This document shows positions 19,039 through 30,471 of a DNA stretch of 64,000 nucleotides, piece by piece; within the stretch, counting starts at the first letter, position 1, and every line of letters begins with the position of its first letter. This DNA is from Sulfurospirillaceae bacterium. GTDB lineage: Bacteria > Campylobacterota > Campylobacteria > Campylobacterales > Sulfurospirillaceae. The stretch covers positions 1-64,000 of the forward strand of contig JAWVXD010000003.1 of the NCBI GenBank assembly GCA_033723415.1, in the 5' to 3' direction. The notes beneath the pieces are model-generated. The model made no database searches. It saw nothing but the letters and a program-made list of their open reading frames with translations, and was not told the DNA's origin. The position numbers and the translations under genes were made by a program.

Positions 19039-20469
19039 ATGGAACAAAATACTCTTTTTATAATAATTTTTACTGTTTTAGGGATAATCATCTTTGGACT
19101 GGTTTTTATGCTCTTAAGTATAAAAAAGAGACTAGAAAAAGAGCAAAACTCAACAAGAGAAAGTCTTGAATCTTTAAGTCAAGAAAATAATGAGCTTAAG
19201 ATTCAAAATTCTGTATTGAATTCAAATCTGGAAGCTATCAATGCATCTTTTGAAAAAATGACTAAAGATTCAAAAGATCTGCAAGAGCAAATATTGAACT
19301 TAAGCTCAGAAAAATCAAAGGCTGAAGCTAGACTTCAGGCACAAGCAGAGAGTAATGAAAGATTAAAAGAGGATTTTGAAGAACAAAGTAAAAAACTAGA
19401 ACTCAAATTAAATGAAATTATGCAGCATAACCTGGATTCTAAAATAAAAAAGTTTGATGAGACTTCTTTGAAATCCATGGATAATATCTTAAAACCGTTC
19501 AAAGAAAATCTCGATGATTTTAAGAAAAAAATCGAATCGTCACAAGAGAACAGTACAATGAAATTTGCAGCACTGTCAAAAGAGATCGAACAGGTTACAA
19601 AGGCAGGAATGCATATAGGAAAAGAAGCTGAGAACTTAACCCGTGCACTTAAAGGTAAAAAACAGACACAAGGAAGCTGGGGAGAGATGATTTTAGAGAG
19701 AGTTCTAGAATACTCAGGTTTACAATTTGGGACTGATTATACAACACAAGAAAGTTATAAAGACGATGCAGGCAAGACTAAAAGACCTGATGTTGTTATT
19801 AAGTTACCTCAAGAGAGATCGATAATTATCGACTCAAAAGTCTCACTCAATGATTACGATAACTACATAAGAGCTGAAAGCGATGAAGAGAGAACAATCT
19901 CGGCAAAAGCAGTAGTAACTGCATTTAAAAATCACATAGATACTTTAGATTCAAAAGATTATGCACACTATCAAACAGGAACATTGCAGTATGTGTTTAT
20001 GTTTGTTCCTATAGAGGGAGCATTTTCTTTGGCTGTACAAGAAAACCCAAACTTGTATGAATATGCATTGGATAAGCATATAGCTATAGTAAATCCATCA
20101 ACCTTGACTATATCTCTTAGAACTATATATCTATATTGGCAAAGTGAAAAGTCCAGCTCAAATGCACTGCAAATGTTTAATACAGCAGGTAAATTATATG
20201 ATAAAATGGTAAATTTTGCTGAGAATTTTAGTAAGATTGGAACGCAGTTACAGACTGTGACCAGGACATTTGAGAAGGCAGAAGCCCAACTCTCAAACGG
20301 AAGCGGTAATTTGATGAAAAGGGTAGAAGATCTAAAGAGTTTAGGTGCAAAAACAACTAAATCTTTAAAAAATAAAAATTCAAATTATCGTGACTTTGAT
20401 GATGAAGAAGTAGAAATAGAATTAATAGAAGAAAAAGATAATAAAGATATAGAAGTAGAAGAAGATTAG
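19039..20469 (+). CDS. rmuC: DNA recombination protein RmuC
   Basis: TM anchor, coiled coil, GSWGEMILE, RPDVVI, IDSKVSL and MFVPIE motifs. Confidence 0.93.
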   Translation: MEQNTLFIIIFTVLGIIIFGLVFMLLSIKKRLEKEQNSTRESLESLSQENNELKIQNSVLNSNLEAINASFEKMTKDSKDLQEQILNLSSEKSKAEARLQAQAESNERLKEDFEEQSKKLELKLNEIMQHNLDSKIKKFDETSLKSMDNILKPFKENLDDFKKKIESSQENSTMKFAALSKEIEQVTKAGMHIGKEAENLTRALKGKKQTQGSWGEMILERVLEYSGLQFGTDYTTQESYKDDAGKTKRPDVVIKLPQERSIIIDSKVSLNDYDNYIRAESDEERTISAKAVVTAFKNHIDTLDSKDYAHYQTGTLQYVFMFVPIEGAFSLAVQENPNLYEYALDKHIAIVNPSTLTISLRTIYLYWQSEKSSSNALQMFNTAGKLYDKMVNFAENFSKIGTQLQTVTRTFEKAEAQLSNGSGNLMKRVEDLKSLGAKTTKSLKNKNSNYRDFDDEEVEIELIEEKDNKDIEVEED

Positions 20470-20491
20470 GGCACTTATTTCTAAGTGCCCT
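20468..20491. terminator. Bidirectional terminator between rmuC and glnA
   Basis: AGGGCACTTA-tttc-TAAGTGCCCT perfect 10-bp stem between convergent genes. Confidence 0.8.
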
Positions 20492-20500
20492 TGATGTATA

Positions 20501-21931
20501 TTAGCAAGAGTATGTTGATTTGAATTCAAATGCAGTAGGTCTTGCTTCGTCAGGCCAAACTTGTGTTTCGAATTTATAAGATTTATATACGTTTATAAAC
20601 TCAGGTGTCATTACAGGTTTTAAATACTCTTTATCTTCAAGTAGTGACTCTAAAGCTTCTCTTAGTGTATGAGGCATTTGTTGGATTCCTTTTTCTCTAA
20701 TCTCATCCAGACTTAATTCAAATAAATCTTCATCCATCGGTCCAACCGGCTCATATTTGTTTTTGATTCCATCAAGTCCTGCAAGCAACAGTGCAGTAAA
20801 TGCTAGATATGGACAAGCTGTTGAGTCCGGGAATCTCATCTCTGCTCTTACTGATTTTTCGCCGGCTCCATAAGGTATACGACAACTTGCACTTCTATTT
20901 TGAGAAGAGTAAGTCAGGATAGAAGGAGCTTCAAATCCCGGGATCAATCTTTTGTACGAGTTTGTAGAAGGGTTTGTAAATGCCGCAACACTTTTTGCAT
21001 GCTTTAAAACACCGCCTATATAGTGTCTTGCAATGTCACTTAAGTTTGCATACTCACCTTCTTTAAAAAATAAGTTTTTACCGTCTTTCCAGATCGACTG
21101 GTGAACGTGCATACCGTTTCCATTGTCACCATAAAGTGGTTTTGGCATGAAAGTTGCAGTTTTACCGTTTAAGTGAGCAACCATTTTGACAACATATTTA
21201 TACTTTTGAACATTATCAGCAGCTTCTACCAAAGTGCCGAATTTAACACCTATCTCACCTTGTGCTTGAGCTACTTCATGATGAACGACAAATGTTTCAA
21301 GGCCTATTTGCTCTAGTACTTGAACCATTTCTGCTCTTAGATCTACCATAGAATCTGTAGGTTGACATGGGAAGTAACCACCTTTGGTTCCAGGTCTATG
21401 TCCTGTATTAAAACCATCAGGATATGTCTTACCATAATTCCACTCACCTTCTTCAGAATCAACTTTGTAATATGCACAGTTTATGTCATCTCTAATCTTA
21501 ACATCGTCGAAAACAAAAAATTCATTTTCAGGTCCAAAGTATGCAATATCGCCGATGCCGGTTTCTTGTAGGTGTGCTAACGCTTTTTTAGCAATACTTC
21601 TTGGACATTTTTCATATAATTGTCCTTTATAGATATCAAAAACATCACAAAATACAACTACTGTTGAGTCTGCCGTAAATGGATCTAAAAATGCAGTTTC
21701 AACTTCAGGTTTCAAAAGCATATCAGATTTGTTTATAGGCTGCCATGCATCAATAGATGAGCCGTCAAAAGGGATACCATTTTTTAGAGATTCTTCTTCA
21801 ACTGCTGACATTCTATATGATAAATGGTGCCAAGCACCTTTCATATCAGTAAAACGGAAGTCAACAAACTCGACTTCATTCTCTTTACAATATTTAAAAA
21901 AACCTTTTATATCACTAACAAATTTTCCCAT
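20501..21931 (-). CDS. glnA: Glutamine synthetase type I
   Basis: [34 protein letters not shown] and EMRFPD motifs. Confidence 0.98.
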   Translation of the reverse strand: MGKFVSDIKGFFKYCKENEVEFVDFRFTDMKGAWHHLSYRMSAVEEESLKNGIPFDGSSIDAWQPINKSDMLLKPEVETAFLDPFTADSTVVVFCDVFDIYKGQLYEKCPRSIAKKALAHLQETGIGDIAYFGPENEFFVFDDVKIRDDINCAYYKVDSEEGEWNYGKTYPDGFNTGHRPGTKGGYFPCQPTDSMVDLRAEMVQVLEQIGLETFVVHHEVAQAQGEIGVKFGTLVEAADNVQKYKYVVKMVAHLNGKTATFMPKPLYGDNGNGMHVHQSIWKDGKNLFFKEGEYANLSDIARHYIGGVLKHAKSVAAFTNPSTNSYKRLIPGFEAPSILTYSSQNRSASCRIPYGAGEKSVRAEMRFPDSTACPYLAFTALLLAGLDGIKNKYEPVGPMDEDLFELSLDEIREKGIQQMPHTLREALESLLEDKEYLKPVMTPEFINVYKSYKFETQVWPDEARPTAFEFKSTYSC

Positions 21932-22008
21932 AAATTCTCCTCATTTTAAGTTAATTTTATTTATTAAAAGTATATCAAAATATTTTTGAAAGGCTTTTGA
22001 TAGAGTGA

Positions 22009-22788
22009 TTAAAAATTAACCATTTTTATCTCTCTATTTTCAAAAATTGCACATTTTTTATACCCTAGCTCTCTTGCTATTTGCATAGCTTCCTCTTTTT
22101 TATAGTTTATATGTTCAACTTTGTGTGCATCTGAACTAAAAGTTATAGGAATATCATATTCTGCCAACAACTCAAATATATCCATAGAAGGATATAATTC
22201 CTGTATAGGTTTCCTAAAACCGGCACTGTTCAATTCAACTACCATATTCGATTTTTTTATCTCTTTGATTGCATCATGAGCTATAAGTTTTATCTCTTTT
22301 TTTGGCAAAAAATTAAATATTTTTATCAGGTCAATATGCCCGACTATATCAAATAGATTACTTTTTGCCATGAGTCTTATGGCTTCAAAATATTCTTCCC
22401 ATATTTTGTCTATATTTCTGTGCTTATACTCACCTATGAATTCAGGGTTATCAAAACCCCATTTGTCTATAAAGTGTACAGAACCTATCAAATAGTCTAC
22501 TTTGGATTTCAATACACTTTCATCGATCAATCCGTTTACAAAGTCAACTTCATATGCTAAAAGTATTTGTATTTGATCTTTGTATTTCTCTTTTATATCT
22601 AAAACACTTTTTTCATAAGAGGACATATCCTCGAAATTCATACGGTGTTTTTGATCAAACTTCATAGGGGCATGGTCTGAAAAGCCAAAAACTGCTATAT
22701 TGTTTTTTATGGCAGCTTGTACGTATTCTTCTATACTTCCTTCGGCATGTTTGCATAAAACAGTGTGATTATGTAAGTCTACTATCAT
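22009..22788 (-). CDS. PHP-family histidinol-phosphatase (HisJ/HisK-like)
   Basis: DLHNHT, SDHAP, GSVH, GHIDL and SSDAH metal motifs. Confidence 0.85.
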   Translation of the reverse strand: MIVDLHNHTVLCKHAEGSIEEYVQAAIKNNIAVFGFSDHAPMKFDQKHRMNFEDMSSYEKSVLDIKEKYKDQIQILLAYEVDFVNGLIDESVLKSKVDYLIGSVHFIDKWGFDNPEFIGEYKHRNIDKIWEEYFEAIRLMAKSNLFDIVGHIDLIKIFNFLPKKEIKLIAHDAIKEIKKSNMVVELNSAGFRKPIQELYPSMDIFELLAEYDIPITFSSDAHKVEHINYKKEEAMQIARELGYKKCAIFENREIKMVNF

Positions 22789-22864
22789 ATTTTTTTCCTT
22801 TTAAAGTAGAATTATATGAAAAGTTATATATAATTAAGCATAAAATGTTTTTTAGGAGTTGACT

Positions 22865-23593
22865 ATGACACAAGAAGAGCTTGATGCTTTGATGGCGGGA
22901 GACTTGGATGATTTGGATAGTGATATTTCTGATGAAGAAGCGGAAATAAATAAAACTGAAGAAGTATATACATCCAATGATACGGCCGACCAAGACAAAA
23001 AGACCAATGATGGCTCTGAGGAGTCATATAAAATGGATGCAAATAAATCTTGGCCACCACCACCTCCAACAGAAGAGCACAAGATGGTAACTCAGTTAGA
23101 TGATGTTACGAGAGATTCAGAGATAAAAGCTACGCAGATATTTGATAAATTAGAATCAATGAGCAATGTTTTGATGGATATGCACTCTGATTTTTCCGGA
23201 GTTTCGTCAATATTAGATTCTAATATTGCACTATTTGAAAGAATGGTTGAAAAATTTCCAAATATAAGTCAGTTTGAAGATTCTTTAAGTAATAACAAAG
23301 ATGCCAAAGGAAAAATCAAAACACTGATTTCTAGTGCGCAAAGTGCAGAGGATGAAGTTATGATGGTTATGGATATAATGCAGTATCAAGATATTCATAG
23401 ACAAAAAATAGAGAGAGTTATCAATGTCATGAGAGCACTTAGCAAATATATAAGTTTGTTATTTGAAGGATCTATTGATGACAATAAACGAGTTGGATCA
23501 GCTGTTCATATAGCAGGAGATGAAAGTACTGATGATTTGGTTACAAGTGAAGATATTGAAGCTATTATAGAAAGCTTGGGGAAAAAGAAATAA
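22865..23593 (+). CDS. cheZ: CheZ-like chemotaxis phosphatase (Helicobacter/Campylobacter type)
   Basis: MTQEELDAL, WPPPPP, catalytic QYQDIHRQKIERV (DxxxQ), acidic amphipathic C-terminus; AGGAG RBS favours ATG 22865. Confidence 0.8.
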   Translation: MTQEELDALMAGDLDDLDSDISDEEAEINKTEEVYTSNDTADQDKKTNDGSEESYKMDANKSWPPPPPTEEHKMVTQLDDVTRDSEIKATQIFDKLESMSNVLMDMHSDFSGVSSILDSNIALFERMVEKFPNISQFEDSLSNNKDAKGKIKTLISSAQSAEDEVMMVMDIMQYQDIHRQKIERVINVMRALSKYISLLFEGSIDDNKRVGSAVHIAGDESTDDLVTSEDIEAIIESLGKKK

Positions 23594-24853
23594 GTGGGTA
23601 ACGTAGAACTTTTATCACCGGCAGGAAATTTTGAAAAGCTTAAAATAGCTCTTGCTTACGGAGCTGATGCCGTTTATGCAGGAGTGAGTCATTTTTCATT
23701 GAGGATTAGATCAGGAAAAGAGTTTACTTATGAGAGTTTTGAAGAAGCTATAAAATACACACATTCTAAAGGAAAAAAACTTTATGTAACGATCAATGGA
23801 TTTCCTTTTAATGCTCAAATAGAGCTTTTGAAAAAACATATAGAAAAAGTTGCAGCTATGAATCCGGATGCTTTTATAGTAGCAGCCCCTGGTGTAGTAA
23901 GATTAGTAAAAGAGATAGCACCTCACATCCCTATCCATCTATCAACTCAAGCAAATGTACTGAGTTATCTCGATGCAGAGGTTTATTGGGATATGGGTGT
24001 CAAAAGGATCATAGCTGCCAGAGAAGTCAGTTTGAAAGATCTTCAGCAAATCAAAAAGCATTTACCTGAATTAGAACTAGAAGTTTTTGTACACGGCTCT
24101 ATGTGTTTTGCCTATAGCGGCAGATGTCTTATCAGCTCTCTACAAAGCGGAAGAGTTTCAAATCGCGGTAGTTGTGCAAACGATTGTAGATTTCCATACA
24201 CTATGTATGCTCACAATGAAGCAACCGGCACACTCTTTAAAGTGGAAGAGAGTGAAGAAGGTACTCACATAATGAATGCCAAAGATCTTAATCTAAGTAC
24301 ATATGTAGATGATATATTGGACAGCGGAGTCATAGATTCACTTAAAATAGAAGGAAGAACTAAGAGTACATATTATGTAGGTCTCACTACAAAAACCTAT
24401 AGAGCTGCCATTGATGACTATATGCAAGGCAAATTTGATGCAAGCAAATATGAAAAAGAGTTAAATACAACAAAAAACCGTGGTTTTAATGACGGTTATC
24501 TTGTTAAAAGACCATATGAAAAAAATGATACTCAAAATTTGGAACACTCTATAAGCGAGGGTACACATCAGGTGTACGCTATGGTTTGTGAAGATGAGAA
24601 AAGTTGTTTAGCTAAAGACAAATTAGAACCAAATGTCGAGTATGAATTGGTTCTGCCAAATCTGGATATATCTGAAATTGAGAATGAATTTGGTAAAATT
24701 TATAAAAATGAAAATGGATGGTTTATAGTTTTCAATAAACTGCAAAGTGAGAACGGAAAACTTTTTGAATCAATCCATAGTGGAAATACTACATCCATAG
24801 TTTTGCCGAGAAATTTGCCGGCATTTACATTTTTAAGAAAACAAAATATATAA
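23594..24853 (+). CDS. U32 peptidase-family protein (TrhP-like tRNA hydroxylation)
   Basis: ELLSPAG, HLSTQAN, HGSMCFAYSGRC..CANDCR Fe-S Cys and KIEGR motifs. Confidence 0.88.
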   Translation: MGNVELLSPAGNFEKLKIALAYGADAVYAGVSHFSLRIRSGKEFTYESFEEAIKYTHSKGKKLYVTINGFPFNAQIELLKKHIEKVAAMNPDAFIVAAPGVVRLVKEIAPHIPIHLSTQANVLSYLDAEVYWDMGVKRIIAAREVSLKDLQQIKKHLPELELEVFVHGSMCFAYSGRCLISSLQSGRVSNRGSCANDCRFPYTMYAHNEATGTLFKVEESEEGTHIMNAKDLNLSTYVDDILDSGVIDSLKIEGRTKSTYYVGLTTKTYRAAIDDYMQGKFDASKYEKELNTTKNRGFNDGYLVKRPYEKNDTQNLEHSISEGTHQVYAMVCEDEKSCLAKDKLEPNVEYELVLPNLDISEIENEFGKIYKNENGWFIVFNKLQSENGKLFESIHSGNTTSIVLPRNLPAFTFLRKQNI

Positions 24854-24871
24854 ATAAGGAAAGATGGTAAG

Positions 24872-25366
24872 ATGAAATTTGTATCAATTTTAATGGGAAG
24901 TAAGAGTGATTATGCAACGATGGAAGAGTGTGCGAAAATTTTAGAAAAATTTGGTGTTATGCATGAAATAGTTGTTTCATCGGCGCATAGAAGTCCTGAT
25001 AGAACTCATGAGTACGTTAAATCATCAGAAAAAAAAGGAGCGCAGGTTTTTATAGCAGCAGCCGGAATGGCAGCTCATTTAGCAGGCGTAGTTGCATCTT
25101 TAACAACAAAACCAGTGATCGGAGTACCTATGGATGGATCTAGCCTTGGTGGTATAGATGCACTTTTATCTACGGTTCAGATGCCAGCAGGTATGCCAGT
25201 TGCTACTGTAGCTATAGGTAAAGCAGGTGCTATAAATAGTGCCTATCTAGCTATGCAGATTTTGGCTTTGGAAGATGAAGAATTAAAGACAAAATTATTG
25301 GAAGACAGAGTTTTAAAAGCCAAAAAGGTTGAGACAGATTCAGCTTCTGTAGAATCTATACTGTAA
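24872..25366 (+). CDS. purE: N5-CAIR mutase
   Basis: MGSKSD, SAHRSP, AGMAAHL and VQMPAG motifs. Confidence 0.97.
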   Translation: MKFVSILMGSKSDYATMEECAKILEKFGVMHEIVVSSAHRSPDRTHEYVKSSEKKGAQVFIAAAGMAAHLAGVVASLTTKPVIGVPMDGSSLGGIDALLSTVQMPAGMPVATVAIGKAGAINSAYLAMQILALEDEELKTKLLEDRVLKAKKVETDSASVESIL

Positions 25367-25376
25367 AAGGTCAAAT

Positions 25377-25847
25377 ATGCAAAACTGGTTGGAGATAGAA
25401 GAATTTAGTAAGTTAGTTCATTTAAATATTTCTACCATTGAAGACATGATAGAAAAAGGAAAATTGAGCGTAAAAGAAGAAAATGGAAAAAGATTTATAG
25501 AAGCGATAGGAGCCTCTCGTTCTTTGATCCATCAGCCTCAAAATACAAATTTGAATACTATCTCTTTACCAGGAGCCGATTTTATTGAAAAAACGATAGG
25601 CACCATACTCAATTTGCATGAGAAAGTTTTAGATGCGAAGGATGAAACTTTAGAAGCATTAAAGAGTGAAAATACTTTTTTAAAAGAAGCGATATTTTCT
25701 ATGCAAGAGCTTTATGATGAAGATAGAAAAACTATAGAAACTTTAAGCGAGCAGCTAAGATTGTCTCAGGAAGAAGTTGAATTCACAAAGAGAAAATATA
25801 AAATGATGTGGAATAAAGTAGTAGACAACTATCAACAAAAAGAGTAA
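25377..25847 (+). CDS. DUF3972-like HTH/coiled-coil protein
   Basis: EKTIGTILNLHEKVLDAKDETL motif; lies between purE and glyQ. Confidence 0.7.
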   Translation: MQNWLEIEEFSKLVHLNISTIEDMIEKGKLSVKEENGKRFIEAIGASRSLIHQPQNTNLNTISLPGADFIEKTIGTILNLHEKVLDAKDETLEALKSENTFLKEAIFSMQELYDEDRKTIETLSEQLRLSQEEVEFTKRKYKMMWNKVVDNYQQKE

Positions 25848-25980
25848 TATTTAGGCCAAGCCAGTAGACGAAAATACAGTAGAGCTAAAGTGCTCAACTG
25901 TTTTACTTGATAAAAGTGATTGGATAAAACTATAGTAAGTTCTAGTTTTTGAGAAATTAAATGAAAAAAGGATAATAAAA

Positions 25981-26844
25981 TTGTTAACTTTCAGTGAGAT
26001 GTTATTGAAGCTACAAACATTTTGGCAGGACGAGGGATGTACGATAGTTCAGCCATATGATATGCCAGCAGGTGCGGGAACTTTTCATAACGCAACATTT
26101 TTGAGAAGTCTTGGAAGTAAACCATGGGCAACAGCCTATGTAGCACCAAGCAGAAGACCGACCGATGGTAGATATGGAGAAAACCCAAATCGTCTAGGGG
26201 CATATTATCAATTCCAAGTTTTGATAAAACCAAGTCCGGATAATATACAAGAGATATATCTTAAAAGCTTAGAGGCTCTTGGATTGGATCTAAGTAAACA
26301 TGATATAAGATTTATAGAAGACAACTGGGAATCTCCTACTCTTGGAGCTTGGGGACTAGGTTGGGAGATCTGGCTAGATGGCATGGAAGTTACTCAATTT
26401 ACGTATTTTCAACAAGTCGGAGGCATTGTTTGCGATCCCGTTTCAGTAGAGATAACTTACGGGGTTGAGAGACTTGCTATGTATTTGCAAGAGAAAGACT
26501 CTGTGTATGATCTTGTTTGGAATGAGAACTCTCACGGTATTACGACTTATGGAGATGTCCACAAAAGAAGTGAATACGAGTTTTCAAAGTATAATTTTGA
26601 AGTAGCAGATGTAAAAATGCTCCTTGAAATGTTTGATAATGCAAGAGCTGAATGTAAACGATGTTTAGAAAAGAAGATCGCTCTTCCTGCCTATGATTAT
26701 TGTCTTGCAGCATCTCATATATTTAATATCTTAGATGCAAGAAAAGCTATTTCCGTGACACAGAGACAAAACTATATCTTAAAAATTAGAGAATTAGCCA
26801 AAGGCTGTGCCGTAGAATATAAAGAAAGTTTAGATGAAAATTAG
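25981..26844 (+). CDS. glyQ: Glycine--tRNA ligase alpha subunit
   Basis: [32 protein letters not shown] and EITYGVER motifs. Confidence 0.98.
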   Translation: MLTFSEMLLKLQTFWQDEGCTIVQPYDMPAGAGTFHNATFLRSLGSKPWATAYVAPSRRPTDGRYGENPNRLGAYYQFQVLIKPSPDNIQEIYLKSLEALGLDLSKHDIRFIEDNWESPTLGAWGLGWEIWLDGMEVTQFTYFQQVGGIVCDPVSVEITYGVERLAMYLQEKDSVYDLVWNENSHGITTYGDVHKRSEYEFSKYNFEVADVKMLLEMFDNARAECKRCLEKKIALPAYDYCLAASHIFNILDARKAISVTQRQNYILKIRELAKGCAVEYKESLDEN

Positions 26845-27556
26845 TGAAATTTTTGATTTTCTAAATACGCTCAGTCCTTTTGAGATACAATGTGAGTGGG
26901 ATAATAGTGGATTATTGGTAGGAGATAAAAATCAAGAAGTAGAAAATGTATATTTGAGTTTGGATATAGATTCTGGATTGATTGACGAGGTGGCAGAAAA
27001 TTCTCTTATCATTACTCATCATCCACTAATCTTTAAGGGATTGAAAAAGATCGATTATACTTCTTATCCATCTAATTTGATTATAAAAATGATCAAAAAA
27101 AATATTTCTCTGATCGCTATGCACACAAATTTTGATAAAACGCATTTAAATAATTTTGTAGTAAACAAAGTTTTAGGATATGATATAGAATATACCGATG
27201 ATTTTATTTGTTATGTAAAAATAGATAAAACATTTGATGAGCTTTGTTTGGATGTTAAAGAGAAATTGGATATAGAAAATTTAAGGATAACTGAAGAGAA
27301 TCAATATATAAAAACTTGTGCCATAACCACCGGATCAGGGGGAGATCTGATTGAAGAAGTTAAGGCAGATTGTTTTATGAGCGGTGATTTTAAATATCAT
27401 CAAGCACTGCTTGCAAAAGAAAATGGTTTGTCCTTAATAGATATAGGACATTTTGAAAGCGAGAGGTTTTTTGGAGCATGTTTGGCCCCATATTTGAAAA
27501 ATTTGCCATTAAAGGTTATAATGTCAAATTCAAAAAATCCGTTTGCATATAGATAA
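26834..27556 (+). CDS. Nif3-like dinuclear metal protein
   Basis: WDNSGL, THHP, HTNFD and GHFESE motifs. Confidence 0.9.
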   Translation: MKISEIFDFLNTLSPFEIQCEWDNSGLLVGDKNQEVENVYLSLDIDSGLIDEVAENSLIITHHPLIFKGLKKIDYTSYPSNLIIKMIKKNISLIAMHTNFDKTHLNNFVVNKVLGYDIEYTDDFICYVKIDKTFDELCLDVKEKLDIENLRITEENQYIKTCAITTGSGGDLIEEVKADCFMSGDFKYHQALLAKENGLSLIDIGHFESERFFGACLAPYLKNLPLKVIMSNSKNPFAYR

Positions 27557-27570
27557 GGACAAAAAATAAT

Positions 27571-28287
27571 ATGAACAAGTATTTAGAGCAGTTGATTGAG
27601 TTGTCAAGTATTGACAAAAGTATAGATGGATTTGGACCAAGGGTTCAAACAATAGAAAAATCTTTAAAAATTTCTTTGGAAAAAGAGAATAAGATCAAAG
27701 CAGATATAAAACTTTTTCAAGAAGAGATTGAAGAATCTAATTTGAAAAAGAGCAAAAATGAGGTTCATTTGGCTGAATTGTCAGAAAAATTGCAAGAGCT
27801 GTCTAAAAAATCTTCTATAGTCAAAACAGTCAAAGAGGTAAAATCTTTGCAGCTTGAAGAAGAGATTGCAAAAGAACAGTGCGATTTTGCGAATGAAGAG
27901 ATTGAGCGACTTGAGAATTATATTGAATCAAGAAACAAATATATAGAAGAAGAAAATGCAAAACTTGAAGAAGTCTCAAAAGAAGTGCAAAGTATCAGAG
28001 ATTCTATAGCAGAAGAGTTGGCTTCGATAGATAAAGAGAGAGAAGAGGTTTATGAACATAAGCAAAAATTAGTTCCTCAAATCGATCAAAAGATATTGAC
28101 ATTTTATGAAAAAATTAGAAAATGGGCTGGTAATACAGCTGTAGCACCTGTAAAAAAACAAGCATGTTACGGATGTTTTATGAGATTAAATGACAAAGTA
28201 TACTCTTCAGTGATTAAGCAAGAAGATATAGTGACTTGTCCTCATTGCGGAAGAATACTTTATAAAGAGACACAGGAAAACGAATAA
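27571..28287 (+). CDS. Coiled-coil C4 zinc-ribbon protein (HP0958/FlgZ-like)
   Basis: Long coiled coil followed by CYGC and CPHCGRIL. Confidence 0.85.
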   Translation: MNKYLEQLIELSSIDKSIDGFGPRVQTIEKSLKISLEKENKIKADIKLFQEEIEESNLKKSKNEVHLAELSEKLQELSKKSSIVKTVKEVKSLQLEEEIAKEQCDFANEEIERLENYIESRNKYIEEENAKLEEVSKEVQSIRDSIAEELASIDKEREEVYEHKQKLVPQIDQKILTFYEKIRKWAGNTAVAPVKKQACYGCFMRLNDKVYSSVIKQEDIVTCPHCGRILYKETQENE

Positions 28288-29435
28288 AAATCTTCATATA
28301 CTACACAGCGGTATTGTTAGTTTATATAATAGCAATACCGATCTTTTTGTATCTTAGTTTTAAAGATAAATATAAAAACTCTATTCCGGCAAGATTTTTT
28401 TTAAAAAATAATCCTAGCTTTGAAAATCACGACATTTGGTTTCATGCCTGTTCTCTTGGAGAAGTGAACTCACTTGAAACGATTATAAATTCTTTGGCCG
28501 GTCATGATATTGATATAAGTGTAACTACACAGACAGGATTTAAGCGAGCCGGTAACATATCAAATTGTAGTTTGAGATATCTTCCTTTTGAAATATTTTT
28601 ACCATTTTGGATAACAAAACACAAAACTCTGGTAGTGACTGAAGCAGAACTTTGGCCTTTATTGTTCATTATATCAAAAGCTAAAGGCGCAAAAAACATC
28701 TTGATGAATGCAAGGATAAGTGATAATTCGTATGAAGGATATAAAAAGTTTAGTTGGCTTTATAAGTGGATTTTCTCGAACATAGATATGGTCTTTGCCC
28801 AAAGTGAAGAAGATAAAAGAAGGCTTTTGGAACTTGGTGCCGGGCATGTAGAAGTATTGGGCAATATAAAGACTTTTTCAGAGCCTAAGATCAGTAAAGA
28901 ATATGTAAAACCCGACAAAAAAGTCATTATTGTAGCAAGTTCTCATGAAGGTGAAGAAGAGATGATCTTAGATGCATTAGAACTCAAAAAAGATGAAAGT
29001 CTGATAGTCGTTCCAAGACATCCGGAGAGATTTAAAAGCGTTGGGAGTTTATTGCAAAAATATGCCGATAAAAAGAATTTCAGTTTTTCTAAATTGAGTG
29101 ATAGAGAAGATTTAAATCACGATATAATACTATGTGATAAGATGGGTGAATTGATTAATTTGTATAAGATTAGCGATATTGTCATTTTATGTGGTTCTTT
29201 TAAAGACGGTATAGGCGGGCATAATCCGCTAGAACCTGCTTTTTTTGGCAAAAAAATCATAAGTGGTCCATTTGCATTTAATCAGAAAACACTGTTTGAT
29301 AGAGTGTTAAATATAAAAATATGCTCGATAGAAGAGCTTGGCAATATAGATTTTGATGAAATTAAAAATTCAAAGATTTTACAAAGTGGAGAATTAAAGA
29401 CTCTCTTAAAACATATAACCGGAGATAGTTATTAA
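28284..29435 (+). CDS. waaA: Kdo transferase (probable ATA start at 28284; first canonical start TTG 28314)
   Basis: WFHACSLGE, EAELWP, PRHPERF and GGHNPLEP motifs. Confidence 0.92.
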   Translation: MKIFIYYTAVLLVYIIAIPIFLYLSFKDKYKNSIPARFFLKNNPSFENHDIWFHACSLGEVNSLETIINSLAGHDIDISVTTQTGFKRAGNISNCSLRYLPFEIFLPFWITKHKTLVVTEAELWPLLFIISKAKGAKNILMNARISDNSYEGYKKFSWLYKWIFSNIDMVFAQSEEDKRRLLELGAGHVEVLGNIKTFSEPKISKEYVKPDKKVIIVASSHEGEEEMILDALELKKDESLIVVPRHPERFKSVGSLLQKYADKKNFSFSKLSDREDLNHDIILCDKMGELINLYKISDIVILCGSFKDGIGGHNPLEPAFFGKKIISGPFAFNQKTLFDRVLNIKICSIEELGNIDFDEIKNSKILQSGELKTLLKHITGDSY

Positions 29436-29436
29436 A

Positions 29437-30171
29437 ATGGAAAAAGAAAAAGCATATAAACTCTTGGCTCTTCAAGAAAATATATCAAACAGAGTTGCAA
29501 AAGATCTTATAGATAGAGGATTAGTATATAGTAAGGGAAAGAAGATCAACGTAGCCAGAGGGCTTTTGGAGGCTGATTCAAAGTTTAAGATAGAAAAGCT
29601 TGTGGAGCCAAAAATCATATTTGAAGATAAGTATCTAATAGCTGTCGATAAACCTGCATTTTTAACCTCTGATGAGCTTGCCCTGAAATATGATGCGAAG
29701 CTATTGCATAGATTGGACAAAGGTACAAGCGGGGTGGTTATTCTTGTAAAAGATGAAGAGTTTCGCTTGCGTGCAGTCGAAGAGTTTAAAAATAGAAAAG
29801 TCATAAAAGAGTACTTAGCTGTAGTTTATGGAAAAATCGTAGAACCAATAACTATAGATCAGCCTATCATGAGCATTAAAAAAGGCAATGTCTCATATAG
29901 CAAGATCCATAATAACGGTAAAGATGCTATAACTCATATAGAACCTCTTATGATAGAGGGCAAAAAATCAAAGATAAAAGTACTTATAGAGACAGGTAGA
30001 ACTCATCAAATAAGAGTACATTTAAAAAGTATAGGGTTCCCGATTATCGGAGATAGTATGTATGGCGGGAAAGAAAATAAAAGATTGATGCTGCACGCTC
30101 ATAAAATATCTCTTTTGGGATATGAATTTAAAAGTCCTGAACCAAAAGAATTTGTCAGGTTTGAGTCATGA
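29437..30171 (+). CDS. RluA-family pseudouridine synthase
   Basis: HRLDKGTSG and TGRTHQIRVH motifs. Confidence 0.92.
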   Translation: MEKEKAYKLLALQENISNRVAKDLIDRGLVYSKGKKINVARGLLEADSKFKIEKLVEPKIIFEDKYLIAVDKPAFLTSDELALKYDAKLLHRLDKGTSGVVILVKDEEFRLRAVEEFKNRKVIKEYLAVVYGKIVEPITIDQPIMSIKKGNVSYSKIHNNGKDAITHIEPLMIEGKKSKIKVLIETGRTHQIRVHLKSIGFPIIGDSMYGGKENKRLMLHAHKISLLGYEFKSPEPKEFVRFES

Positions 30172-30470
30172 CTTTACTTGTTCCTATAGATGCAAAAGAG
30201 ATAGAAGATGCTGTCATTTGTCAAATATGTGATAAGCAATCTTGGGCTTTGGTAAGTATTGAACAAGGGAGTGTCAAAGAGTGTCAGCTTTGTGATTCAA
30301 AAGAAGACATTACTCAAATCATTGATTATATCGTGATTAAAGATAAGAATGAAGACGTTGATAGTTTTATCCAAGAAGGAATTGAAGTATTGGTCATATC
30401 ATCACAAAAATATGTAGATGATATTATAGAAGCTTTTATGTTTCGAGAGTTGCATCAGCTTGGAGAGTAG
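30168..30470 (+). CDS. Hypothetical acidic protein, possibly NifB/NifX-like fold
   Basis: Coupled to rluA; two CxxC pairs (CQIC, CQLC). Confidence 0.55.
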   Translation: MTLLVPIDAKEIEDAVICQICDKQSWALVSIEQGSVKECQLCDSKEDITQIIDYIVIKDKNEDVDSFIQEGIEVLVISSQKYVDDIIEAFMFRELHQLGE

Positions 30471-30471
30471 C

